Shown: positions 16,881 through 25,731, numbered from the stretch's first letter. The stretch: DNA of 64,000 nt from an uncultured Acidobacteriota bacterium (GCA_963741665.1 CAVUIM010000003.1:48710-112709), one strand, 5' to 3'. Numbers and translations: made by a program. The notes: a model not told the origin generated them from the sequence alone.

Positions 16881-19493
16881 CGCAAGTCTTTCTACAAAAG
16901 ACGTATCGATGCCCTCGCGGCGCAGCAGCCCGAGCAGCCCGACCTTGTCGTCGGCCTTGCGATAGGCCTCGCGGACGTCGACCGCGCCGCTCTGCACGAA
17001 CGCGACGAGCGCGTCGTTGAGCGGCGCCATCCCCAGCTTGCGGCCGCTGTCGATGGCCCGCGGCAGCTGGGCGATCTGCCCGTCGCTGACCAGCGCGGCG
17101 ACGGCGTTGGTGTTGAGGACCAGCTCGCGCGCGGCGAGGCGGCCGCCGCCGGCCTTGCGCAGCAGTACCTGAGCGACGACGCCGCGCAGATGCTCGGCCA
17201 GCGCGGCGCGTACGGTGCGGCGCTGTTCCGACGGACAGAGGTCGACCAGGCGCTCGAGGGCGGCAGTGGCCGACGCAGCGGTGACCGAGGCGAACACCAG
17301 CAGACCCGATCCGGCGGCGTCGAGCGCCACCTGCAGCACGTCGGGCGAACGCAGGTCCTCGATGATGAGGACGTCGGGGTTCTCGCGCAGCGCGGCGCGG
17401 GCCGCCGCCACCACTTCCGAGGCGCTGCCGCGCAGTTCGCGCTGGCTGATGAGCGATCCGCGGCTCTCGTGCACCAGGCGGATCTGGCCTTCGAGCGTGA
17501 TCACGTAGTCGTTACGCTGGCGGTTGATGAGGTCGACGTAGGCCGATACCAGCGTGGACTTGCCGCTGGCGCGCGGCCCGGTCACGATCACCAGCCCCTC
17601 GGGCTCCATCGCCAGCGCCTGGATCTCGCGCACCAGGCCGAGCTGCTCGGCTGAGGTGGCACGGGCCGAGATCATCCGCAGCAGCGCGCCGGGACCACGA
17701 TAGTCGCGGAAGGTCGTGATGCGGACACGGCCGACGTCCTGCAGGTCGCGGATCCACTCGGCGCTTTCCTTGTCGCGGGCCCCTTCGGGCGCCAGCTCGA
17801 GCACCGCCGCTTCGACGTCGCCGCTCGACAACGTGGCTTCGCCTTCGAGCAGGCGGATGTCGCCGTCGACGCGCACGGCGGGCCGGGCCTGCGTCGTGAG
17901 ATAGAGCGCCGAGGCGCCGCGCGCCGCGGCCAGACGCAGTAGCCGTTCGATGCCGCCGCCGCGGCCGTGGCCACGCGACGACTGGCTCGGGGCTCGCGCT
18001 GAATCGCGGGTCAGCGACAGCACGACGCCGGGCAGGGCGTCTGACGTGGCCTCGCCACGCGCCGCCACGGCGGCGTCGACCTCGTAGGACGGCGGCAGAC
18101 CTGGCAACGTGGGCTGCGGTTCGATCGGCCGGTAGACAGGTGGCTCGGACACGGTGGGCTCGACGGGCGGCATCGGCGCGCGGGGGGAGGCCGCGGCGGC
18201 CGGCACGTCGTATCGGGGGGCGTAGGGTTCGACCGCCGGGGCCTGGGGCGGCGCGGGCGTGGACTCGGGAACCAACGGCACGTTCGGCATTGTCGCCCAC
18301 GCGGGGGGCGCTGGTGCCGCCGGCGCTGCAGGCACGGGCGGTGGCGGCGCCACCGGGGCTGCCACGGCGGCCGGAATGAACTCGGGGACGGCGGTTTCGA
18401 CCGGCGCGGTGACGGGCTCCGGCGCGGGCGCGGGACTGATCGCGGGAGCAGCCTCCGCCTCGGCGTCCTGGCCGACGGGTTCCGGCAGCGGCTCCACCGG
18501 CGGCACGACGGCGGCGAGGATCGCGGCCTCGAACGAGGCCGGCGCGGCGGTCACGACCGACACGTCGACCGTGAACTCCAGCGGCGGCACGGCGCCGGTC
18601 TCGCCCAGCGTCTGCTCGAAGTCGATCGCCGGCACGTGCTCGATGGCCCACGCGTCGGCGATGCTGACCTCGGGTTCGAGCTCCACGACGGGCGGCGCGG
18701 CGTCGGCCACCGGCGATTCGTCGGGCGCCGCAATCGGTGCCGCCTCGATGGCCGGCGCCTCGACGAATGCGGGTTCAGCGAACGGCACCGGCTGGTCGGC
18801 CATCGTGACCGGCTCCACCGGCAGCGCGGCAGCGATCTCCAGCTCGGGTTCGACGACGACAGGTTCGACGACGACAGGTTCGACGACGGCAGGTTCGACG
18901 ACGACAGCTTCAACGACGACCGCTTCGACGACGACAGCTTCGACGACCGGCGCCTCGACGTCGTCGACCGGCGGCACGTCGACGGTCACCGCTGCGGCGG
19001 CGTCTTCGTTTGAGGCCGGCGCGGCGACGAGGTCGACGGCGGCGGCCGGCGCCACCGCCTCGGCGACCGGGACCTCGGCGACGAGCTCGGCGGCCGGCGC
19101 GGCGGCGACCGATTCGGCCGCCAACGGCGTGGCCGCATCGGCCGGCGCGTCGAGCACCGCGGCGGTCGCCGGGCGCACGCGGCGATGCCGGCGCACTTCA
19201 ATCCAGATGTCGTCGCCGCCGCGGGCCGCGACGACCGTGAACCGATCGGCGCCGCCGGCCGCGCTGGCCGCCAGCTCGTGTTCGACGGCGCCCATCTCGC
19301 GCAGGCCGCGCAGCGCCTCGGCCGACAGCAGCTGCGCGAGCAGCCCCTCCATCGCGCCGAGGCCGAGGCCCTGCCGCGACAGCTCCACCGTGCCGGTGGC
19401 TGCGACCACGTAGGGTTTCTCCCCCACGTGCAGCACCAGGGCATCGCCGTCACTGCGGACGATGGCGGTCAGGAGCGAATCGACGAGCGGCAT
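16878..19493 (-). CDS. PilT/GspE-family ATPase with duplicated PilT-N domain and a ~400-aa Pro/Ala/Val/Glu-rich linker
   Basis: The C-terminal ~350 aa carry Walker A GPRASGKST, Walker B-like DVLIIEDLR and PilT-like tail motifs. The first ~115 aa resemble a second PilT N-terminal domain. The middle is low complexity with VVVEA/VVVEP repeats. The ATG whose complement is at 19491-19493 is preferred over the GTG at 19529. Confidence 0.7.
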   Translation of the reverse strand: MPLVDSLLTAIVRSDGDALVLHVGEKPYVVAATGTVELSRQGLGLGAMEGLLAQLLSAEALRGLREMGAVEHELAASAAGGADRFTVVAARGGDDIWIEVRRHRRVRPATAAVLDAPADAATPLAAESVAAAPAAELVAEVPVAEAVAPAAAVDLVAAPASNEDAAAAVTVDVPPVDDVEAPVVEAVVVEAVVVEAVVVEPAVVEPVVVEPVVVEPELEIAAALPVEPVTMADQPVPFAEPAFVEAPAIEAAPIAAPDESPVADAAPPVVELEPEVSIADAWAIEHVPAIDFEQTLGETGAVPPLEFTVDVSVVTAAPASFEAAILAAVVPPVEPLPEPVGQDAEAEAAPAISPAPAPEPVTAPVETAVPEFIPAAVAAPVAPPPPVPAAPAAPAPPAWATMPNVPLVPESTPAPPQAPAVEPYAPRYDVPAAAASPRAPMPPVEPTVSEPPVYRPIEPQPTLPGLPPSYEVDAAVAARGEATSDALPGVVLSLTRDSARAPSQSSRGHGRGGGIERLLRLAAARGASALYLTTQARPAVRVDGDIRLLEGEATLSSGDVEAAVLELAPEGARDKESAEWIRDLQDVGRVRITTFRDYRGPGALLRMISARATSAEQLGLVREIQALAMEPEGLVIVTGPRASGKSTLVSAYVDLINRQRNDYVITLEGQIRLVHESRGSLISQRELRGSASEVVAAARAALRENPDVLIIEDLRSPDVLQVALDAAGSGLLVFASVTAASATAALERLVDLCPSEQRRTVRAALAEHLRGVVAQVLLRKAGGGRLAARELVLNTNAVAALVSDGQIAQLPRAIDSGRKLGMAPLNDALVAFVQSGAVDVREAYRKADDKVGLLGLLRREGIDTSFVERLA
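18847..18966. repeat. 15-nt tandem repeat (about 8 units, GGTTCGACGACGACA) inside the PilT-like gene
   Basis: The first two units and the fourth (18847-18861, 18862-18876, 18892-18906) are identical; the third (18877-18891) differs at one position. The later units are degenerate. The repeat encodes the (V/A)VVE(P/A) pentapeptide repeats on the minus strand. Confidence 0.85.
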
Positions 19494-19609
19494 CAGTATG
19501 GCAATCGGTCGGGTTGCCCGGGGGTGCACTCTCCCTCACGGGAAGCCCAGACCCAACCGTCCTGCATTGGAGTTTCGGACCCTCGGCACGTCAACGATAG
19601 CGACGATCG

Positions 19610-20326
19610 TCACACCGGACGACGGCCGACGTGCAGTGACATCAGGCCGCCGAGGAGTCGGAAAACCGACACCTCATCGAGGCCGGCGCGGGTCAACCGA
19701 TCGGCGACGGCGCGGGCGCCGGGATAGCGGCGAATCGACGCCGGGATGTAGCGATAGGCCGCCGGCTCGCCGTGCAGCGCCCAGCCGAGCGTCCCACCGA
19801 CGAGATCGAGATAGCCCAGATACGCCGTGCGCACGATCGGCGATTCCGGACGATTGAAATCGAGCGACGCGAAGCGTCCGCCCGGACGCAGCACGCGCGC
19901 GATTTCGGCGACCGCGGCGTCGAGGTCGGGCACGTTGCGCAGGCCGTAGCCGGTGGTCACGATGTCGAAGGTCGCCGCGGCGAACGGCAAGGCGGTCATG
20001 TCGCCGGTGGTCCAGGTGCATGCCACGGGCGACGGCTTGCCACGGGCCAGCTGCAACATTCGCGGCGTGATGTCGAGGCCGCACACGCGGACGCCGGACG
20101 CCGCCAGACGGAAGGCGATGTCGCCGGTGCCGCACGCGAGATCGAGCGCGCGCTCACCGGGCCGCGGCGCGACCGCCCGGACCAGCCGATCCTTCCAGCG
20201 CGCGTCCTGGCCGTACGACAGCACCCGCGTCACCACGTCGTAGCGATCGGCGATGGTCGCGAAGAGCTGACGGACGTGCCGCCGTTTGGCCTCGGGCGTG
20301 GCAAAGGCGGCCGCGAGGGACGGCAT
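19610..20326 (-). CDS. ubiE: demethylmenaquinone/ubiquinone C-methyltransferase (UbiE/MenG family)
   Basis: 238 aa. Motifs: VRQLFATIADRYDVVTRVLSYGQDARWK, the SAM motif LDLACGTGD and GYGLRNV. Confidence 0.85.
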   Translation of the reverse strand: MPSLAAAFATPEAKRRHVRQLFATIADRYDVVTRVLSYGQDARWKDRLVRAVAPRPGERALDLACGTGDIAFRLAASGVRVCGLDITPRMLQLARGKPSPVACTWTTGDMTALPFAAATFDIVTTGYGLRNVPDLDAAVAEIARVLRPGGRFASLDFNRPESPIVRTAYLGYLDLVGGTLGWALHGEPAAYRYIPASIRRYPGARAVADRLTRAGLDEVSVFRLLGGLMSLHVGRRPV

Positions 20327-20376
20327 CGTCCGACACTATCGCGTTTTCGCGGGAGCCGTCAGCCGTCGGGCCGCGA

Positions 20377-22614
20377 TCAGGCGCCGGCCACCAGGCGCCA
20401 GGTCTGGGCGACGACGAAGCACAGCAGGAAGCCCATCACCAGCGGCAGCAGCGCCGACACCGCCGTCCACTTGGCGCTGCCGGTCTCCTTCCAGATCGTG
20501 TAGATCGTCGTCGAGCACGGGTTGTGCACGAGGCTGAAGAGCATCAGGCACACCGCCGTCAGCAGCGTCCAGCCACCGGCCCGCAGCACCGCCGCGGTGT
20601 CGGTGGTGGAGTCGAGCTCGAACATCACCCCGGCGCCGGCGCCGACGTCGGGCACGCCGGTGACCAGCACCGTGAGCATCAGGATGGTCGGCACGACGAT
20701 CTCGTTGGCGGGGATCGCGACCACGTAGGCCAGCAGGATCACGCCCGACAACCCGAGCACGCCGCCGAACGGCTGCAGCCAGGTGACGATCTGCGCCGCG
20801 AGGCTGGCGTCGCCGTAGGGGATGTTCGACACCAGCCAGATCACCGCGCCGGCCGGCAGCGCGAACACGACCGCCCGCCACAGCACGTAGAGCGTCCGGT
20901 CGATGAGCGACGTGTAGAGCGTGGCCAGCACACGCGGCGGGCGATACGGCGGCAGCTCGAGGCTGAACGCCGAGACCTCGCCGCGCAGCAGCGTGCGCGA
21001 CAGCAGCCACGACGTGGCGAAGGTGAGGACCACGCCCAGCACTGCGACGCCGACGACGGCCAGCGCCGAGATCAGGCCGGCCCAGTGCGCCGGGACGGCG
21101 CCGCCGACGAAGATCGACGCCACCAGAATCTGTGTCGGCCAGCGGCCGTTGCAGATGGCGAAGTTGTTGGTGATGATGGCGATCAGCCGTTCGCGCGGGC
21201 TCTCGATGATCCGCGCCGCGACCACGCCAGCGGCGTTGCAGCCCCAGCCCATCGCCATGGTGAGCGCCTGCTTGCCGTGGGCGCCGACGCGGCGGAACGA
21301 CCGATCGAGGTTGAAGGCGACCCGCGGCAGGTAGCCGAAGTCCTCGAGCAGCGTGAACATCGGGAAGAAGATCGCCATTGGCGGCAGCATCACGGCCACG
21401 ACCCAGGCCGTGGCCAGATACATCCCGTCGATGAAGAATCCCGACAGCCACCACGGCGCGCCGATCGCCGCGGCACCCGACTTGAGCACCGGCACCGTCC
21501 AGTCGATCAGCAGGGTGGCCAGCATGCCCGACGGCACGTTGGCCCCGGCGATGGTGATCCAGAACACGCCGGTCAGCATCGCGATCATCAGCGGCACGCC
21601 CCACACCCGGCTGGTCACCAGCCGGTCGATGGTGCGGTCGAGATCGAAGCGCTTGCCGCCCTCGGCTCGGGTCACCGCACGGTCGGCGATCCGCGCCGCC
21701 TCGGTGTAGAGCGCTTCCATCAGCGACTGGTGGAACTCGGTGCCGACCTGCCAGCGCAGTTGCGAGGCCAGCTCGACGACCGCCTCGGCCGCCTGCGGTT
21801 CGGGCGGGGTCGCCATCAGGACTGCGGCCGGATCGACCCGCTGGTGCAGTTCGCCAAGTTCACCCGAACGCAGCGCGGTCCGGATCCGTTCGTCGCCGTC
21901 GAGCAGCCGCAGCGCCACCCAGGCGGCGTTGGGCAGCTCGGGATAGAGGCCGCGCACCGCGTCGCTCACCCGGGTGACCGCCCGCTGCAGCGCCGGGGAG
22001 CGCTCGCCGACGCGATGCGGCGTGCCGGCGGCGGCGCCGTTGGCCACTTCCGACATCGCCTGCATCAGCTCGGGCAGGCCCTCGCCCTGACGGGCCGAGG
22101 TGGCGACGACGCGCACGCCCAAGTCGCGGGCCAGGCGCCGTGGATCGACGTCGAGGCCGCGCCGCCGCGCCTCGTCCATCAGGTTGAGGCAGACCACCGC
22201 GCGGTTGGTGATCTCGAGCACCTGGAGCACCAGATTGAGGTTGCGCTCGAGAGTGGTCGCGTCGACGACGATGACCGTGACGTCGGGCTGGCCGAAGAGG
22301 ATGAAGTCGCGGGCGACCTCTTCGTCGAGACTCGCCGACAACAGCGAGTAGGTACCCGGCAGGTCGACCAGCTTGAAGCGATGGCTGCCGGCGGCGAACG
22401 CCCCTTCGGCCCGCGTGACCGTCTTGCCCGGCCAGTTGCCGGTGTGCTGGCGCAGGCCGGTGAGGGCGTTGAAGACCGTGCTCTTGCCGGTGTTCGGGTT
22501 GCCGGCGAGCGCCACGACGTAGTCGTGGCCCTCCATGTCCACCCCGAGCTTCTTCAGGTTGGTGAGGTGGTGGGCGGGGCAGGCCGCGCACGCCTCCGGA
22601 GACGGGTGGCTCAT
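20377..22614 (-). CDS. feoB: ferrous iron transporter FeoB
   Basis: 745 aa. It has an N-terminal G domain (GNPNTGKSTVFNALTG, DLPGTYSL) followed by a polytopic membrane domain. Its start overlaps the stop of the upstream DtxR-FeoA gene. Confidence 0.92.
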   Translation of the reverse strand: MSHPSPEACAACPAHHLTNLKKLGVDMEGHDYVVALAGNPNTGKSTVFNALTGLRQHTGNWPGKTVTRAEGAFAAGSHRFKLVDLPGTYSLLSASLDEEVARDFILFGQPDVTVIVVDATTLERNLNLVLQVLEITNRAVVCLNLMDEARRRGLDVDPRRLARDLGVRVVATSARQGEGLPELMQAMSEVANGAAAGTPHRVGERSPALQRAVTRVSDAVRGLYPELPNAAWVALRLLDGDERIRTALRSGELGELHQRVDPAAVLMATPPEPQAAEAVVELASQLRWQVGTEFHQSLMEALYTEAARIADRAVTRAEGGKRFDLDRTIDRLVTSRVWGVPLMIAMLTGVFWITIAGANVPSGMLATLLIDWTVPVLKSGAAAIGAPWWLSGFFIDGMYLATAWVVAVMLPPMAIFFPMFTLLEDFGYLPRVAFNLDRSFRRVGAHGKQALTMAMGWGCNAAGVVAARIIESPRERLIAIITNNFAICNGRWPTQILVASIFVGGAVPAHWAGLISALAVVGVAVLGVVLTFATSWLLSRTLLRGEVSAFSLELPPYRPPRVLATLYTSLIDRTLYVLWRAVVFALPAGAVIWLVSNIPYGDASLAAQIVTWLQPFGGVLGLSGVILLAYVVAIPANEIVVPTILMLTVLVTGVPDVGAGAGVMFELDSTTDTAAVLRAGGWTLLTAVCLMLFSLVHNPCSTTIYTIWKETGSAKWTAVSALLPLVMGFLLCFVVAQTWRLVAGA

Positions 22615-23642
22615 GTCGTCGCCTCCGCCACCTTGTGCACGAAGATGTGATGGGCCTGGTCGCGGCGCAGCGCGATGAGCGCGCCGCGGATGCGATACGC
22701 CGTCGGGTCACCCGAGGGCCCGCGCAGTTCGCTGGCGACCCGGGTGCCGGGGACCAGGCCGAGGTCGAGCAGCCGCCGGCGCTGGGCGCCGCGGCAGGTC
22801 GCGGCCAACGCCACGACTTCGGCGGCCTCGCCGAGGTCGATGGCCGACAGCCTGGTCATCGCCGCGGTCTGGTGGTCGGGCTGCTCGATCGGCAGCACGG
22901 TGATGTTGGCGGCCACCACCGGCGCCAGCACGACTTCATCGGTTTCGGCCTCGACGCGGAGACGCTGCGGCGTACGCTCGAGCACCCGTACGCGCATCCC
23001 AGGCATCAGCCCGGCGGCGACAATCTGCGCGAACACGGCTTCGGGTTCGTCTTCGATGTGCAGAATCTCGGCGACCTGGTCGGCGGTCAACTTCGTGAGC
23101 GGCATGCCCTGATGTGGCGGCACTTCCCCGCTGGGCATCGGAATCGGATCGCCGTGCGGGTCGAACCGCGGATGCCCGAGGGTCGCCGCCAGGGCCTCGG
23201 CCTGCTGGGCACTGGTCAGGTGTTCGCGCCGTTCGGCATGGGCGTGCCACTCGCGGGCGTCGAGGCCGGTCTCGTCAGCCAGGTAGCGTTCCCACAGCCG
23301 ATGGATGCGGATGACCCGCAACGCCTCCCGCCGGCCTTCGCCGGTGAGCCGCAGCGTGCTGTCGTCGTGGTCCAGCAGGTCGAGCCGGCCGAGCCGATCG
23401 ACCAGTTCGGCCGCGGCCCGCCCGGACAGACCGAGCGCCCCGGCCATGCTCTCGAGGGTAGCCGGCCGCTGCCGGTATTCGCCGTCCCAGATGTGTTTGA
23501 GGGCGTCTTCGACCTCGACGCGATCCGAGGCGGCCGATCCGCGCCGCCAGCGCCACGCCAGCCCGGTCGTGGGCCAGAACAGCACCACGGACAGCGCCAG
23601 GGCCGCCGCGACCACGCCGAGGGACCAGAGGGGGTCGAGCAT
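22611..23642 (-). CDS. membrane-anchored DtxR-family metalloregulator fused to two FeoA domains
   Basis: 343 aa. It has an N-terminal hydrophobic helix, a DtxR dimerisation/metal region (IRIHRLWERYL...HPRFDPHGDPIP) and then two SH3-like FeoA modules. It is the first gene of the feo operon. Confidence 0.75.
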   Translation of the reverse strand: MLDPLWSLGVVAAALALSVVLFWPTTGLAWRWRRGSAASDRVEVEDALKHIWDGEYRQRPATLESMAGALGLSGRAAAELVDRLGRLDLLDHDDSTLRLTGEGRREALRVIRIHRLWERYLADETGLDAREWHAHAERREHLTSAQQAEALAATLGHPRFDPHGDPIPMPSGEVPPHQGMPLTKLTADQVAEILHIEDEPEAVFAQIVAAGLMPGMRVRVLERTPQRLRVEAETDEVVLAPVVAANITVLPIEQPDHQTAAMTRLSAIDLGEAAEVVALAATCRGAQRRRLLDLGLVPGTRVASELRGPSGDPTAYRIRGALIALRRDQAHHIFVHKVAEATT

Positions 23643-23695
23643 CAGAGTCTTGGTGCCGCCGGGCAGGCGCCGTTCTCGGTGACGGCCCGGCGGTA

Positions 23696-23713
23696 ATTTT
23701 GATTAGTCAAAAT
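23696..23713. promoter_or_regulatory. AT-rich palindrome ATTTTGA-TTAG-TCAAAAT, candidate metalloregulator operator
   Basis: Perfect 7-nt inverted arms with a 4-nt spacer, 54-71 nt upstream of the feo-operon start codon (23642). It stands out as AT-rich in GC-rich DNA. Confidence 0.45.
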
Positions 23714-23860
23714 CATGATGCCGATCGACCGAAAAGTCAAGCGGCCGCGGGACTAGGTAGGTGTTGCAAGGGCATCGGCTCGGCTCCGGTAGACTGAGGG
23801 TCACGGCAAGGCGTGGCGTGGCTCGGCAAGGCTGAGCTTGGTCGTGCATGGCACGGTGGG

Positions 23861-23890
23861 GGCCGCTCCTTCGGGGGCGGCCTTCTTTCG
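23861..23890. terminator. GC-rich hairpin with a TTCG tetraloop followed by a T-rich tract on the plus strand
   Basis: GGCCGCTCC-TTCG-GGGGCGGCC forms 9 bp including one G.T pair, followed by TTCTTTCG. It lies 10 nt below the stop of the minus-strand zinc-ribbon ORF. Only the plus-strand reading has the U-tract. Confidence 0.55.
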
Positions 23891-23891
23891 T

Positions 23892-24035
23892 CTAGTGGGG
23901 CTTCGTCCCCGGCTGCTCGGCCGACCACCGATGCCAGCAGGCGGGGCAGACGAACGTCATCGCCGTAGGCGTCTGGTGCTCCACCTGGGCCACTGGCTGG
24001 CGGCAGAAGGGGCACGCGAGGCCGGTGCGCCTCAT
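23892..24035 (-). CDS. 47-aa zinc-ribbon protein
   Basis: MRRTGLACPFCRQ...FVCPACWHRW has two CxxC pairs. Its ATG (complement of 24033-24035) overlaps the TGA of the upstream membrane-protein gene by one base (TGATG). The longer 61-aa form in the ORF track starts at 24077. Confidence 0.5.
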   Translation of the reverse strand: MRRTGLACPFCRQPVAQVEHQTPTAMTFVCPACWHRWSAEQPGTKPH

Positions 24036-24682
24036 CACTGGCGGGCAAAGTGGACATCTCCACGCGCGGCGGCACATGACGGATAACTAGCAATTGTCTG
24101 AAGCACGTACGCATGCGTCTCCTCGCGTGGCAGCTTCAACTGCTGACGTTCATATGGCCATCCACACTGTTTTGTGGGCTGCCCAGTCACCACCGCTCGA
24201 CCGGCTACGACGTCGAAAATCCGCGCCTGCGCGGTTCCGCCGCAATCCCCTGACTCTGAGTAGACGTCCAGATCGGCGAAAGCATCGATGCCGTTCATCT
24301 GTGCCCACGGGATCTCGATGGGCCGGTGCGTCACCGTCGTCCACTCTGGGTCGTTGAAGCAGCTTGGAATGGTCGGATTCCTAAGGGGATAGACGGGCAA
24401 TGGGCCGGTTGGGGATTGCATCGCCACGGTGATGCTTTGTGGCTGCTTTGTTTGCGTGTCGATTCGCTGGATCGTTTCGGCAAGTTGCCTCGTAGCCGCG
24501 TTCTCTTGTGCGTTCTGCCAAATGGCCGCGACCAACCCGCCGAGAAACAACAGGACGAACGCGGCGAGATAACTGTGCCGCTCGGTACGACTTGCGGGAG
24601 GCACTAATGACACGTACGTCCCGAGCACGCCGCTAAGGCCAGCGCAGACCAAGCCCAGAATGAAGGGGAACCAGTCAGGCAT
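24035..24682 (-). CDS. hypothetical membrane protein (two N-terminal TM helices plus a soluble domain)
   Basis: 215-aa ORF with hydrophobic segments FPFILGLVCAGLSGVLGTYVSLV and YLAAFVLLFLGGLVAAIW. Lower GC than the backbone. No motif recognised. Confidence 0.55.
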   Translation of the reverse strand: MPDWFPFILGLVCAGLSGVLGTYVSLVPPASRTERHSYLAAFVLLFLGGLVAAIWQNAQENAATRQLAETIQRIDTQTKQPQSITVAMQSPTGPLPVYPLRNPTIPSCFNDPEWTTVTHRPIEIPWAQMNGIDAFADLDVYSESGDCGGTAQARIFDVVAGRAVVTGQPTKQCGWPYERQQLKLPREETHAYVLQTIASYPSCAAARGDVHFARQ

Positions 24683-24686
24683 GCCG

Positions 24687-25731
24687 GTAGACTACTCCCG
24701 GCGGCGCCTATTCTTGCGGGTCCTGCAGGGGTGCGTCGATCTGCCCCATCGCCTCTGGCAGATACGGCGGGTTGTCCACCGACTCCCGGTACTCCAGCCG
24801 CTTGCCCTGCACGGCCTTGATGGCGCGCGACACGCGCGAGCCGTCGTCCATCTTCCGGGTGTTGTGCCGGAACTCGAACTCGTTCAGGTAGTTCGGCAGG
24901 TGCTTCTTGCTGACGCTGTGAAACGTGCCCATCACGCCGCGCTTCAACAAGCTGAAAACGCCCTCGATGGTATTCGAGTGAACGTCGGTCCCGCGCCGCA
25001 CGTACTCGCCGCGATGATGCGACACCGCTTCGTGCCCGCCGAGGAACTGACGACCAATCGGCTTGTATGCCGGGTACTCGTCGGTGATCAGCCGCGCCGC
25101 GATGCTTGCATTCGCTGCGATGGTCGTCTCCAGGTTGTTGATCGTGATGCGGTCGAGCATCTTGAAGCGCACGTCGCCACCGCGCTGCACCATCCCCAGC
25201 ACCGGGGCCTTGCGCGTGCCACGACCCGTGCCGCCTGAGTGCTTGAAGCGCGGCTTGCCGCCGACGTACGTCTCGTCCACTTCCACCGTGCCGGTGAGCA
25301 GCTTCGTGCCGTCGATCTGCTGGTCGTAGCCGAGGCCGTGACGGATACGGCGCAGGACGAACAGCGCCGACTTGTGGGTAATCTCCATCTCGCGCGACAG
25401 CTGCAACGCCGAGATGCCCTTCTTCGACGCGCATGCGCGCCAGAACGCGTAGACCCACACGCGGAGCGGCAGGCGCGACTCCTCGAACACCGTCGCGGTG
25501 CGGACGGTGAACATCGTCTTGCACCCACGGCAGCGCCACCGATAGTCCTTGTTCCGCTCGCCGTTGACGCCGGTCATCTTGTAGACGTCGGCATCGCCGC
25601 AGCGCGGGCAGGCCGGTGCGGAGCCCCACCGCTGTGCCTCCAAGAACTCGACCGCCGCCGTCTCGTCGAAGGTTGCCGCCTTGAGTGCGCTCAGGATGGG
25701 CGAGGCGTTCTTGACCATGAACGCAGTCTAC
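24687..25731 (-). mobile_element. putative IS1595-family insertion sequence (boundaries tentative)
   Basis: GTAGACT at 24687-24693 and its inverted copy AGTCTAC at 25725-25731 bracket the transposase gene within 5-14 nt of its ends. A third copy (CCGGTAGACT at 23786-23795, identical to 24684-24693) lies beyond the adjacent cassette. I found no target-site duplication. Confidence 0.4.
24708..25718 (-). CDS. IS1595-family (ISXO2-like) transposase
   Basis: 336 aa. It has an N-terminal zinc ribbon (CPRCG...CRGC), then VEVDETYVGGK, ITDEYPAYK, HSNTIEGVFSLLKRG and LPNYLNEFEFRHN, which are characteristic of IS1595/ISXO2 DDE transposases. Confidence 0.85.
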   Translation of the reverse strand: MVKNASPILSALKAATFDETAAVEFLEAQRWGSAPACPRCGDADVYKMTGVNGERNKDYRWRCRGCKTMFTVRTATVFEESRLPLRVWVYAFWRACASKKGISALQLSREMEITHKSALFVLRRIRHGLGYDQQIDGTKLLTGTVEVDETYVGGKPRFKHSGGTGRGTRKAPVLGMVQRGGDVRFKMLDRITINNLETTIAANASIAARLITDEYPAYKPIGRQFLGGHEAVSHHRGEYVRRGTDVHSNTIEGVFSLLKRGVMGTFHSVSKKHLPNYLNEFEFRHNTRKMDDGSRVSRAIKAVQGKRLEYRESVDNPPYLPEAMGQIDAPLQDPQE

